Assembly (NCBI GenBank): GCA_964344175.1
Contig: CAYFMI010000003.1
Location: 1,425 to 65,424, forward strand
Reading direction: 5' to 3'
Length of the DNA stretch: 64,000 nucleotides
Source of the DNA: an uncultured Anaerolineales bacterium
GTDB lineage: Bacteria; Chloroflexota; Anaerolineae; Anaerolineales; UBA11858
Both the position numbers and the translations under genes were made by a program. The notes beneath the pieces are model-generated. The model made no database searches and was not told the DNA's origin. It saw only the letters and a list, made by a program, of their open reading frames with translations. Below, in pieces: positions 46,404 through 55,313 of the stretch (position 1 is the stretch's first letter; the number at the start of each line of letters is the position of its first letter).

Positions 46404-49355
46404 ATGAATGCCAATTCTCCTTATGATTTCATCGCCCAAGACAAACCCTGGCCGCGCCCGCAATTACTCGCAATTTTGCAGGCTGGTCTGAGTGCCAAGT
46501 CCTACCGTTTTGTGCGCCAGACCGCCCTCGCATGGTTGACCTACTACGAACACGATTGCGCGGCGCAACTTCTCCACGCCCAGGCATTAATTGGGGAGGG
46601 ACGCGCCGCGCAAGCCTTACCAATTTTGGACAAGATCTGTCTGGCAAATCCCGAATTTTTGGAAGCACAGGAGTTGCGCGCCCAGACACACAGCAACAGC
46701 GGGAGCAAAGGGATTGACGAAGCGCGCGGCTGTTACCTGGCCCTGGGGGGGAGCATTCCGACACGTGAGAAGTTGGCACATCCCGCCCCGACCTGGGTGC
46801 AGCCTCTTAGAGTGGCCCACCATGCCCTGACCAATGGTGACTACCCCGCTGCTGAAGAACACATTACCGAGGCCCTGGCACACGAGAACATGCCGCCACT
46901 CGCCGGAGTGACGCATCTCAAAATTTTGTGGGGGCAGCCCGAGACACCCCGACAAGCCGTGCGCAATCTGGCCGAACACTATCACCGCCGCTGGCCGGAG
47001 TGTATCCCAGTTCAACTGATCTTGGCCGATAGCATGATGGGCGGCGGCAGCGCCGACCAGGCCGTAGCCCTGCTGCACCGGGCGGCTTCTGGCGACCCCA
47101 GCGGACAAGCATCATCCCGGTTGTGGGGAGAGAACAATCCCTACCAAGCCCTTTGGCCGAAACAAATGCAAGCCCCGCTAGAAATCTCCATCCCGGCGCA
47201 AGTCGCTGCTGCGTTAGGGTGGAATCTGCTGCCCGGAGGAGAAATTATTTCCCCTGCTTCTCGACCTCCGTTGAACGCGAAGGAGCCAGATCTAACCGCA
47301 TTGCGCACAAATAAAGCGCCTCGATTGCACTCCGACAATGCCAGTCTTCCGCCCGAAACACGGGTCTTTGTGCAAAGCGGGACGCATGTGGAGGCACACC
47401 CCACCCCCAAACACGAGTGGCAACCCCAAGCAAAATCTGAGGCTCCCGCAATTGCAGTGTCCCCGCACCCGTTCCATACAAAGGAGACGGAGCCAAGCGC
47501 GCTACGTGTAGATGAAGGGCCTCAACTGCGGTCTGATGATACCAATCCTCCGGTCGAAGCGAGGGGGACCTCCAAAGCCGATCTACGTGTTGAATTAGAG
47601 CAGGCCCGCGCCGCTGTGCGGGAAATGCTCTCTGAAGATTCAGATCACAAAGCCCAAGATCCCGAAACTCCCATTATCCTAAAAGAGAAGGTAGCCCGCG
47701 CCGCCCAGCGTCTCAATTTGGCCGAACTAGCACATGCCGATGGCCGCATGCCGGTATATATCATCATGAGCACACGCGCCGGGCTGAGGCGCAAATTTGG
47801 GCCGGAGACCACCCAGATGCTCGATGCTGCGATGAGTGAACTGGTCTTGACCTTGAGAGAACGCAAGGGGTGGGGGTCACTATTAATCTACCCCGATGAC
47901 CCGGCGGCGATGGCCGGGCTGGGATTAAAACCTACCCCAACTGATGATGCGTGGGCGCTGAAGCTGGCCTTACGCGATTTGGACACTGCGCTGCGGGAAA
48001 AGAACGCCATGATTGGCACGCTATTGATCGTCGGCGGGCCAGAGGTCGTCCCCTTTCATCATCTACCCAACCCCACCGATGACGCCGATGTGGATGTGCC
48101 CTCTGACAACCCCTACGCGACCCGCGATGAGAACTACTTCATCCCAGAGTGGCCGGTTGGACGGCTGCCCGGCGGACATGGCCGTGACCCAGATTTATTG
48201 CTAAGCAGCCTGCGGGCAATGAACGCTGCCCACCGCGCTGAAAACGAACAAAGTGATGGCTGGTTCGGTTGGTTGTTGACAATTCTGCGGCGGCTGCTGC
48301 CGCGCCGTAAAGGGAGTAGCAGTTTTGGCTACTCCGCCGAAATTTGGCAGCGGGCGGCGCATTCGGTTTTCCGTGCCATTGGTGAGCCGCGCGCCATGTT
48401 GACCTCGCCGCCATTGGGTAACTCCCAACCGACGCCCAAACCCAGCGCCCAGCTGGGATACTTTAACCTGCACGGGCTGATCGATGCCCCGGATTGGTAT
48501 GGTCAGCGCGACCCGGCCCCGAACGCCGTGGGTGAACATCTCTATGCCGACTATCCTATCGCCCTGCGCCCTAAAGATGTTGTCAATGGTGGGCGTGCTC
48601 CACAAGTGGTCTTTAGCGAAGCCTGCTATGGGGCGCACGTCTTTAATCGCCGCGTGGAGGGTTCACTGGCGCTTAAATTTCTGCTCTCCGGCAGCCGGGC
48701 GGTCATCGGTTCGACAGCCATCGCCTATGGCTCGATCACCCCCCCACTGAACGCCGCCGACTTGTTGGGCAAATCTTTCTGGGGCTATTTACAAGAGGGT
48801 TATCCAGCCGGAGAAGCCTTGCGGCGGGCCAAAATCCAACTGGCGCGCCAGATGCACAAACGCCAGGGCTACCTGGATGGCGAAGACCAAAAAACATTGA
48901 TTTCATTTGTGTTGTACGGCGACCCCCTGGCCGTTGTGCAGTACCCGAAAGGTGCTAGGGACCTTTCAAGTCTCACAACCCCTAAAGATGTGCTGCGCTT
49001 TGCCGAAGCCCCCCCGCAAGTAAAAACGATCTGCGACCGTAGCGCCACGCCCGGTGCATCTGAACCGATCCCAAAAGAAGTCATGATCCATATTAAACAG
49101 GTCGTTGAGCAGTACCTCCCCGGTATGGAAGGCGCCCAATTGGCCTTGAGCCACGAGCAAGCCGAATGCTGCTGCGAAGGGCATACCTGCCCCACCGGTC
49201 AACTGAGGGCCAAGAGTCACCCGGCGGTGAACCCCCGCCGCAGTGTGGTAACCATGAGCAAAGAACTGCGCGACGCTCAACATATCCATCCCAGCTACGC
49301 CCGCCTGACCTTCGACGCGGAGGGGAAGATTGTCAAATTGGCGGTCTCGCGATAA
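46404..49355 (+). CDS. TPR-like N-domain + repeat-containing linker + gingipain/C25-like (clan CD) cysteine peptidase domain; no signal peptide
   Basis: 983 aa. LLIVGGPEVVPFHHLPNPTDDADVDVPSDNPYATRDENYFIPEWPVGRLPG, GYFNLHG (His690), VVFSEACYGA (Cys741), GSTAIAYG, FVLYGDP. Confidence 0.7.
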   Translation: MNANSPYDFIAQDKPWPRPQLLAILQAGLSAKSYRFVRQTALAWLTYYEHDCAAQLLHAQALIGEGRAAQALPILDKICLANPEFLEAQELRAQTHSNSGSKGIDEARGCYLALGGSIPTREKLAHPAPTWVQPLRVAHHALTNGDYPAAEEHITEALAHENMPPLAGVTHLKILWGQPETPRQAVRNLAEHYHRRWPECIPVQLILADSMMGGGSADQAVALLHRAASGDPSGQASSRLWGENNPYQALWPKQMQAPLEISIPAQVAAALGWNLLPGGEIISPASRPPLNAKEPDLTALRTNKAPRLHSDNASLPPETRVFVQSGTHVEAHPTPKHEWQPQAKSEAPAIAVSPHPFHTKETEPSALRVDEGPQLRSDDTNPPVEARGTSKADLRVELEQARAAVREMLSEDSDHKAQDPETPIILKEKVARAAQRLNLAELAHADGRMPVYIIMSTRAGLRRKFGPETTQMLDAAMSELVLTLRERKGWGSLLIYPDDPAAMAGLGLKPTPTDDAWALKLALRDLDTALREKNAMIGTLLIVGGPEVVPFHHLPNPTDDADVDVPSDNPYATRDENYFIPEWPVGRLPGGHGRDPDLLLSSLRAMNAAHRAENEQSDGWFGWLLTILRRLLPRRKGSSSFGYSAEIWQRAAHSVFRAIGEPRAMLTSPPLGNSQPTPKPSAQLGYFNLHGLIDAPDWYGQRDPAPNAVGEHLYADYPIALRPKDVVNGGRAPQVVFSEACYGAHVFNRRVEGSLALKFLLSGSRAVIGSTAIAYGSITPPLNAADLLGKSFWGYLQEGYPAGEALRRAKIQLARQMHKRQGYLDGEDQKTLISFVLYGDPLAVVQYPKGARDLSSLTTPKDVLRFAEAPPQVKTICDRSATPGASEPIPKEVMIHIKQVVEQYLPGMEGAQLALSHEQAECCCEGHTCPTGQLRAKSHPAVNPRRSVVTMSKELRDAQHIHPSYARLTFDAEGKIVKLAVSR

Positions 49356-49434
49356 CCGATGGTTAGTTCGTTTGTCGGTCGGTTGAGCAATTAAATTTTA
49401 ATAGCCCGGGCGGACAACCGTCAGACGTAAACAT

Positions 49435-50208
49435 TCAACGTTCAACTGCTGACGATCTCCGATCTTCTTCGATCAAAATCTTAATTGCCTCGATCCCGGT
49501 GCGGATGGCGCGGTCGCCATGAAAGAGTTTTTTACCTTCTTCGTCTTTGGGCAGGCCCTCGTCTTTGGCAACCATCATCATTACACCCCCGGCGCGCACC
49601 CGGTGGATGCCCGCCAGGATGAAGATCGCCGCCGCTTCCATCTCTGAGCAAATTGCCCCACCAGCTACCCAGGCCCGCCAACGCGCCGCGAGATATTCGG
49701 CCCTCGGCATGCGCTCGTGTTCAGTCTCGCCGTAGAACGAATCTTTTGAGTGCGAAACCCCCACCCGGTAGGGTAAATTTAGCTTTTGGGCAGCTTGCCG
49801 CAGAGCCAGCACGATATCGGGGTCGGCAACGGCGGGGTATTCAATGGGCAGGTAATGGCTGGATGTGCCCTCATCACGAATGGCTGCCGAGACAATGGCA
49901 ATGTCGCCCGTTTTAGTGCCAGGCTGCATCCCCCCGGAGGTACCCACCCGAATGAAGGTGTCGGCGCCCACTTTGATCAACTCTTCAACAGCAATTGCGG
50001 TAGAGGGACAGCCGATGCCCGTGGAAGTCACCGAAACCTTCTCCCCGAGAAGGTTTCCGGTATAGGTAGTGTATTCGCGGTTTTGGGCAATGCGTTTTGG
50101 GTTATCGAAAAAAGCGGCGATCTTCTCGCAACGCCCCGGATCACCAGGAAGGAGTACATAACGCCCGACATCACCGGGTTCGAGTTGAATATGGTATTGT
50201 TTGCTCAT
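49435..50208 (-). CDS. Nucleoside phosphorylase, PNP/UDP family 1 (uridine phosphorylase-like)
   Basis: 257 aa. LLPGDPGR, STGIGCPSTAIAVEEL, RVGTSGG, and EMEAAA near the C-terminus. Confidence 0.8.
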   Translation of the reverse strand: MSKQYHIQLEPGDVGRYVLLPGDPGRCEKIAAFFDNPKRIAQNREYTTYTGNLLGEKVSVTSTGIGCPSTAIAVEELIKVGADTFIRVGTSGGMQPGTKTGDIAIVSAAIRDEGTSSHYLPIEYPAVADPDIVLALRQAAQKLNLPYRVGVSHSKDSFYGETEHERMPRAEYLAARWRAWVAGGAICSEMEAAAIFILAGIHRVRAGGVMMMVAKDEGLPKDEEGKKLFHGDRAIRTGIEAIKILIEEDRRSSAVER

Positions 50209-50306
50209 AGAGTCTCCAGTTTTTAGATAATCTTTGGTTAACTATTCAGCCTCAAACCGGAAGAGGCCGAAAAAAGGGGATGGAGATTCGGCCTGAGTAG
50301 CTACGA

Positions 50307-50801
50307 TTACTCGATATCAACCCAGGTCACAGCGCGAGTGTCAGTTTCAAGGATTGCCAGGGTGCTGCGGCCTTTCATCCCCATAAGTTCACCAGGGTTG
50401 AGCAGCAAGGTATGCCCCACCATCTCTTCGTGCGCGGTGTGGTCGTGCCCGTAGCACACCAGATCGTAGCGGCCTGAATATGCCAGTGACCGAGCAATTT
50501 TGGGGTAATGGTTCATAGCAATCTTCAAACCGTCAATCTCTAACTCGGCAAATTCGCCATGCAGGTGGATATTCTCGGCAGAAGCAGCCACTTCGCCGAG
50601 CAGCACTTTATCGCCATCGTTATTGCCCCAGACAACATGCACGGGCTTCCCGCCGGAGCCTTTGATCAGACGAATCAGCATAAAGGGCGCGATCAAATCA
50701 CCACAATGCAGCACCACCTCGGCCCCCAAAAGATGCGGCAAGGCCTTCTCTAGCTTCCAAATATTGTCATGACTATCACTCATAATGGCTATGCGCATCA
50801 A
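50307..50801 (-). CDS. YfcE/MJ0936-family metallophosphoesterase
   Basis: MMRIAIMSDSHDN, HCGDL, WGNNDGD, GHDHTA. Confidence 0.85.
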   Translation of the reverse strand: MMRIAIMSDSHDNIWKLEKALPHLLGAEVVLHCGDLIAPFMLIRLIKGSGGKPVHVVWGNNDGDKVLLGEVAASAENIHLHGEFAELEIDGLKIAMNHYPKIARSLAYSGRYDLVCYGHDHTAHEEMVGHTLLLNPGELMGMKGRSTLAILETDTRAVTWVDIE

Positions 50802-50971
50802 AACTCTCCTTGTATTTCGCTTGCGCTACTGATACACTTGCGGGGCTTCCAACTATATCATAAATCTTCCCCCAGAAAAAAAAATTATCCTGAGATACAT
50901 GGGTGAACAACCGCTTTTTCATGATCCCGTATGTACTCAGTTGCAGTTGACGAGAATCAGATAGAAAACGT

Positions 50972-52141
50972 ATGAATTGGAAACGCACACTCATTGCCTG
51001 CCTGCTGGCCTTATTCGGCTTTACCCTGGCGTTTGGAACCGGCTATTTCACCCATGCCGCCCTGCACCCTGCCGGGACACAGTTCGGGGTCTTCAACGAA
51101 GCCCTGCGGCTTTTCGAGCAGAATGCCATCGACAATCTTCCCGAATCACCGATACTCGAATACGGCATGATCCACGGCCTGTTACAAGCCTACGGCGATC
51201 CCTACACGCGCTTTTTCGAACCGGTGCAAAGCGAACTGAGTAACGACAACCTTGCCGGAAGCTATGGCGGCATTGGGGCAACCCTGGAACGCGACACCAT
51301 TGGCTTTGCCCTGCTGTACCCCTTCCCCGATGGCCCGGCTGCGCAAGCAGGAGTTCGAGACGGCGACCGATTGATGGCAATAGATGAATTGGATATCCTC
51401 CCCGAGATGACCACCGACGAAATTGTGGCTGTCTTACGCGGCCCGGAGGGCGCCGCCGTGCGCCTGGAGATCGCCCGCCCCCCGACATGGGAGAAACATG
51501 CTTTTGAAATCGAGCGCGCTTCCATTCCCCTGCCCTCCGTCACCTGGCGGCTCGATGCTGACGAAACGCGCCTGGGGATCATCAAGGTTAATCTTATCGC
51601 TGCCAGCACACCTGCAGAAATTGAAAAAGCAGCCCAAGATCTGATGACGCAGGGCGCGCAATTTTTCGCCCTCGATCTGCGCGGCAACGGCGGCGGGCTG
51701 GTGGACGCCGGTGTGAATATCGCGGCGCTCTTTTTGGAACAAGGCGACATTTTGCAAGAGCAATACCGCGATAAACCTGTTGAAACTTATTCGGTCACCC
51801 AAGTTGGCCCTTATATTAATCTCCCCCTCGTGGTATTGGTGGACAACAACACCGCCAGCGCTGCCGAAATTATCGCCGGAGCGCTGCAAGTTCATCAACG
51901 CGCTGTACTCATCGGTACGCCCACACACGGGAAAGACTCCATCCAATTGGCCTTCGACCTGCAAGATGGCTCCAGCCTGCATGTTACCGCCGCCAAATGG
52001 TGGATCCCCGGCCTAGACACGATCATCGGCGAAAATGGATTGCAGCCAAACCTGTTCGTCGAGCCAAACGAAAACCTTACCGACGCTGCGTTGACTGCGG
52101 CGATTGACTATTTCACCCAAAATGAGTCACTTACCCCCTGA
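50972..52141 (+). CDS. S41-family C-terminal processing peptidase (Ctp) with PDZ domain
   Basis: N-terminal TM. PDZ GPAAQAGVRDGDRLMAIDE, DLRGNGGG, TASAAEIIAGAL, PTHGKDSIQ. Confidence 0.85.
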   Translation: MNWKRTLIACLLALFGFTLAFGTGYFTHAALHPAGTQFGVFNEALRLFEQNAIDNLPESPILEYGMIHGLLQAYGDPYTRFFEPVQSELSNDNLAGSYGGIGATLERDTIGFALLYPFPDGPAAQAGVRDGDRLMAIDELDILPEMTTDEIVAVLRGPEGAAVRLEIARPPTWEKHAFEIERASIPLPSVTWRLDADETRLGIIKVNLIAASTPAEIEKAAQDLMTQGAQFFALDLRGNGGGLVDAGVNIAALFLEQGDILQEQYRDKPVETYSVTQVGPYINLPLVVLVDNNTASAAEIIAGALQVHQRAVLIGTPTHGKDSIQLAFDLQDGSSLHVTAAKWWIPGLDTIIGENGLQPNLFVEPNENLTDAALTAAIDYFTQNESLTP

Positions 52142-53135
52142 CAATTCCTGGGACAAAACTCGCCCCACCCCGGTCGACCAAGATACGCCCGATCCATGGA
52201 GCGAGACCCGCCCAAATACCATCAACGAAGATCCCCATTCCTGGGGCGCGACGAGCCCTACACCGATTGCGCCTGCCTCCGAGAAAAACGCTGCCTGGGG
52301 GGAGCCACTCCGCAAACGCCGCCGCGGTTGTGGCTGTGCGCTGGCGCTGATCTTGCCGGTGGCGGCCCTCGTCCTGATCTATTTCCTCTTCCCCAGTCGC
52401 AACAATATCTTGATATTGGGAACCGATTCACGCGACCCAGGCTCGTATCTCGGACGCACCGATACCCTGATTCTGACTACGGTTCAGCCGCTTCAGGGGT
52501 ATACGGGCATGCTCTCGATCCCCCGCGACCTTTGGGTAACCATCCCTGGCTATGGCGAGAACCGCGTCAACGCGGCCCACTTTTTCGCCGAGGCCGAACA
52601 GCCCGGCAGCGGCCCAGCCTTAGCGATGCAGACCATTCGCGCCAACTTCGGGGTGGATGTACATTATTACGTCCGCCTGCGCTTCATCGGCTTCCTTGAA
52701 GTGGTAGATGCCCTGGGCGGCGTGGACATTGTGCTGGACTCGGCTATGTCGGGTTACACTGCCGGAGAGCATCATCTCAGCGGTGAGCAGGCCCTGGCGC
52801 TGGTGCGCGACCGCGCCGGGAGTGACGATTTCTTTCGCATGCGGCGCGGCCAGATTTTCCTTCAAGCCTTGATAAAACGCCTGCTGACTCCTTCGGTGTG
52901 GCCGCGCTTGCCCCAAGTTTTTGCCAACCTTTCAGCCGTCGTCGATACCGACATCCCCCGCTGGCTATGGCCGCGCCTGACCCTGGCCCTTTTACGCGGC
53001 AGCGCCAACGGAATCGATGCGCGCGTCATCACCCGCGAAATGACCTTTCCCTTCACCACCAGCGGCGGCGCGCAGGTGCTGGCTCCCAACTGGGAGAGAA
53101 TCAACCCAGTGTTATTAGAAATCTTCGGACAGTAG
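52122..53135 (+). CDS. LytR-CpsA-Psr (LCP) family cell-envelope phosphotransferase
   Basis: Cytoplasmic tail followed by TM ALALILPVAALVLIYFLF. LILGTDSRD, GRTDTLILTTV, SIPRDLWV, RVNAAHFF, VRDRAGSDDFFRMRRGQ. Confidence 0.85.
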   Translation: MSHLPPDNSWDKTRPTPVDQDTPDPWSETRPNTINEDPHSWGATSPTPIAPASEKNAAWGEPLRKRRRGCGCALALILPVAALVLIYFLFPSRNNILILGTDSRDPGSYLGRTDTLILTTVQPLQGYTGMLSIPRDLWVTIPGYGENRVNAAHFFAEAEQPGSGPALAMQTIRANFGVDVHYYVRLRFIGFLEVVDALGGVDIVLDSAMSGYTAGEHHLSGEQALALVRDRAGSDDFFRMRRGQIFLQALIKRLLTPSVWPRLPQVFANLSAVVDTDIPRWLWPRLTLALLRGSANGIDARVITREMTFPFTTSGGAQVLAPNWERINPVLLEIFGQ

Positions 53136-53158
53136 TTTGTGCTACAATCAACAACATC

Positions 53159-53614
53159 ATGAGCATAAAAGTTATTGCCCGCAATCGCAAAGCTAAACAC
53201 GACTACCATCTACTAGAAACCTTTGAGGCTGGTATTGTCTTGCAAGGCAGCGAGATCAAATCGATTCGCGCCGGACAGGTCAGCATCAAGCAGGCCTATG
53301 TGCGCGTCGATGACGAAGAAGCCTGGCTGGTGGATGCCCATATCGCTCCCTACGAGCAGGCTTCCCGCTACAATCACGAACCCACCCGCACTCGCAAGTT
53401 GTTGCTCCACAAAAAAGAGATTTATAAACTGTGGGACGAGGTCCGCCGCAAAGGCACCACCATCATCCCCACCCAAGTCTATCTGCGCGACGGGCGCGCC
53501 AAAGTTGAGATCGCCCTGGCGCGCGGCAAGAAACTCCACGACAAACGCCAGAGTATAGCCCAGCGCGACGCCCAACGCCAAATGGAACGAGAATTGCGGC
53601 GCGGTGACTGGTAG
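53159..53614 (+). CDS. smpB: SsrA-binding protein SmpB
   Basis: MSIKVIARNRKAKHDYHLLETFEAGIVLQGSEIKSIRAG...KLLLHKKEI. An extended -10 TGcTACAAT lies at 53140-53148. The longer ORF from 52898 is an artefact. Confidence 0.95.
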   Translation: MSIKVIARNRKAKHDYHLLETFEAGIVLQGSEIKSIRAGQVSIKQAYVRVDDEEAWLVDAHIAPYEQASRYNHEPTRTRKLLLHKKEIYKLWDEVRRKGTTIIPTQVYLRDGRAKVEIALARGKKLHDKRQSIAQRDAQRQMERELRRGDW

Positions 53615-53626
53615 CAATCCAAAGAG

Positions 53627-54421
53627 GTGCCTATGTCCACACCATCAACGATTGGCGGCATTAACCTCCTCCCAATGGCGGAGAAACGCCGGTTGTACGC
53701 GCGCATTATTCCCCCAGAGCTACTCGACCGCTTTCGTCTCAACCCCTTCTTGACCGACATTAACGGTCATGACCTGCTGCAACTCGATTGCCCTGCTGGG
53801 AAGAGCAGCGCTGAAATTAACCTATATCACCAATTCGGTTTCCGCGACCCCGTGCTGCACGGACATATCACCGATACGATGAACGGCCAGTTACACATCT
53901 TGTTTTATGTGCTTAACGACCCCCATGCCCCGCGCTACGATATTGATGTGCTTCCCGATGGCACCTCCACCCAAATTGGCTCGCAGCACCGCAATCTTGA
54001 GGCCGAAATCGCCGCCCTGCATGCCGGGCTTTCGCCGGGCCAAATTCGCGAGGGGCTGCACGTACTCAAGTCGGCCATTGCCACCTTCGAGGGCTTCATC
54101 CAAGAACTAGGGCACACCATTCATTTTGCTGAGCCGCTTTACTATCACAATGCCATCATCTTCGAACACTATGGCTTCCGCTACCAGCAAGGCCGCCGCC
54201 TGATGGAGCGCATTCATACCGGGTTTTCCCCGGGGGGCGAATTCCTGCCCCTACTCGATGGCAGCACCCCCTTCTGCCAACCCGAAGCAGCCAACAACAT
54301 TCGTCTGCGCTCATGGGCTATCCATGATGGCATTATGGGAGAACCGTTCACCAACGTGACGATGTATAAACAAACCGGCCTGCATGCCGGAGTATCCACC
54401 GCGCCCAATTGCACCTGGTAG
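53627..54421 (+). CDS. Conserved hypothetical protein
   Basis: 264 aa. SD AGAGG. Coding-like composition, no recognised motif. Confidence 0.5.
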   Translation: MPMSTPSTIGGINLLPMAEKRRLYARIIPPELLDRFRLNPFLTDINGHDLLQLDCPAGKSSAEINLYHQFGFRDPVLHGHITDTMNGQLHILFYVLNDPHAPRYDIDVLPDGTSTQIGSQHRNLEAEIAALHAGLSPGQIREGLHVLKSAIATFEGFIQELGHTIHFAEPLYYHNAIIFEHYGFRYQQGRRLMERIHTGFSPGGEFLPLLDGSTPFCQPEAANNIRLRSWAIHDGIMGEPFTNVTMYKQTGLHAGVSTAPNCTW

Positions 54422-54565
54422 CTGCCACAGTGTCTGCAGCGAATGCGGCGAGGATGGGCACATTGCTTCGGAAGGTGCGGCGCACCTGAAACTCTACCTC
54501 ACAAAGCGCCATTGATGGCGCAAAGAGAATTTCTCTCTAATCTCTGTGATCTCTGAGGCTTAAAT

Positions 54566-55273
54566 ATGTTATCCAATAATTTTCTTGCCTTAATTATTAC
54601 ATTTACCGCTGCGCTGGTCTGGTTGCGGCTGAACGACTTTGCCGCCCACCGCGGCTGGGTCAGCAGCCATCTCAGCCGCAAGATCATCCATATGGGCACC
54701 GGCCCAATCTTCGTGCTGTGCTGGCTGCTCTTCAACGACGCGCCCGCTGCCCGCTATCTGGCTGCCCTTGTCCCGCTGGCGATCACCTTTCAATTCGCCC
54801 TGGTAGGCCTGGGGGTGATGAAAGACGAAGCCGCCGTGCAGGCCATGTCCCGCAGCGGCGACCAGCGCGAGATCTTGCGCGGCCCGCTCTTTTACGGAAT
54901 CGTCTTTGTGGCGCTGACCGTCATCTACTGGAAAGATTCGCCCATCGGCATGATCGGCCTGATGTTGATGTGCGGCGGTGATGGCCTGGCCGATATTCTA
55001 GGCCGCCGTTGGGGAACACAGAAACTGCCCTGGGCGCAAGAGAAATCCTGGATCGGCTCGCTGGGGATGCTGCTCGGCGGCTGGGGTTTCGCCCTGGGGG
55101 TGGTGTGGGTTTTTGTTGCAACGGGAGTTTTCCCCGCCCCGATAAGCAGCTACCTGCTGCCCATCAGCCTCATCGCCCTCGCCGGCACACTGGTCAAATC
55201 GCTGCCCCTCAAAGACGTAGATAATCTCACCGTTACATTGACAGCGGTGGTTTTAGGACACCTGTTGATCTAG
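54566..55273 (+). CDS. Polyprenol/phytol kinase-like membrane protein (CTP-dependent, cytidylyltransferase family; VTE5/dolichol-kinase-like)
   Basis: 235 aa, polytopic. Motifs SRKIIHMGTGPIF and MCGGDGLADILGRRWG. Confidence 0.7.
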   Translation: MLSNNFLALIITFTAALVWLRLNDFAAHRGWVSSHLSRKIIHMGTGPIFVLCWLLFNDAPAARYLAALVPLAITFQFALVGLGVMKDEAAVQAMSRSGDQREILRGPLFYGIVFVALTVIYWKDSPIGMIGLMLMCGGDGLADILGRRWGTQKLPWAQEKSWIGSLGMLLGGWGFALGVVWVFVATGVFPAPISSYLLPISLIALAGTLVKSLPLKDVDNLTVTLTAVVLGHLLI

Positions 55274-55313
55274 GCTATCCCTGCCCCACAATTTTCATCG
55301 CCCCGAAGATACC

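Noticed and set aside
41013-49355. TPR + caspase-like protease interpreted as a type III-E Craspase (TPR-CHAT) or an Avs/STAND antiviral sensor
   Set aside because: There is no CRISPR array or cas gene in the window. No Walker A/B NTPase motif was found in either large protein. The protease motifs look C25-like rather than CHAT-like. A generic defence role remains only a hypothesis.
52898-53158. Long N-terminal extension of the smpB ORF (238-aa version)
   Set aside because: The extension overlaps the LCP gene in another frame and is Arg/Pro-rich. SmpB homology begins exactly at MSIKVIARN (ATG 53159), downstream of a TGcTACAAT box.
53615-54565. Looked for a tmRNA (ssrA) gene next to smpB
   Set aside because: There is no tRNA-Ala-like acceptor/T-arm or tag-peptide reading frame. 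The region is occupied by a 264-aa protein-coding ORF.
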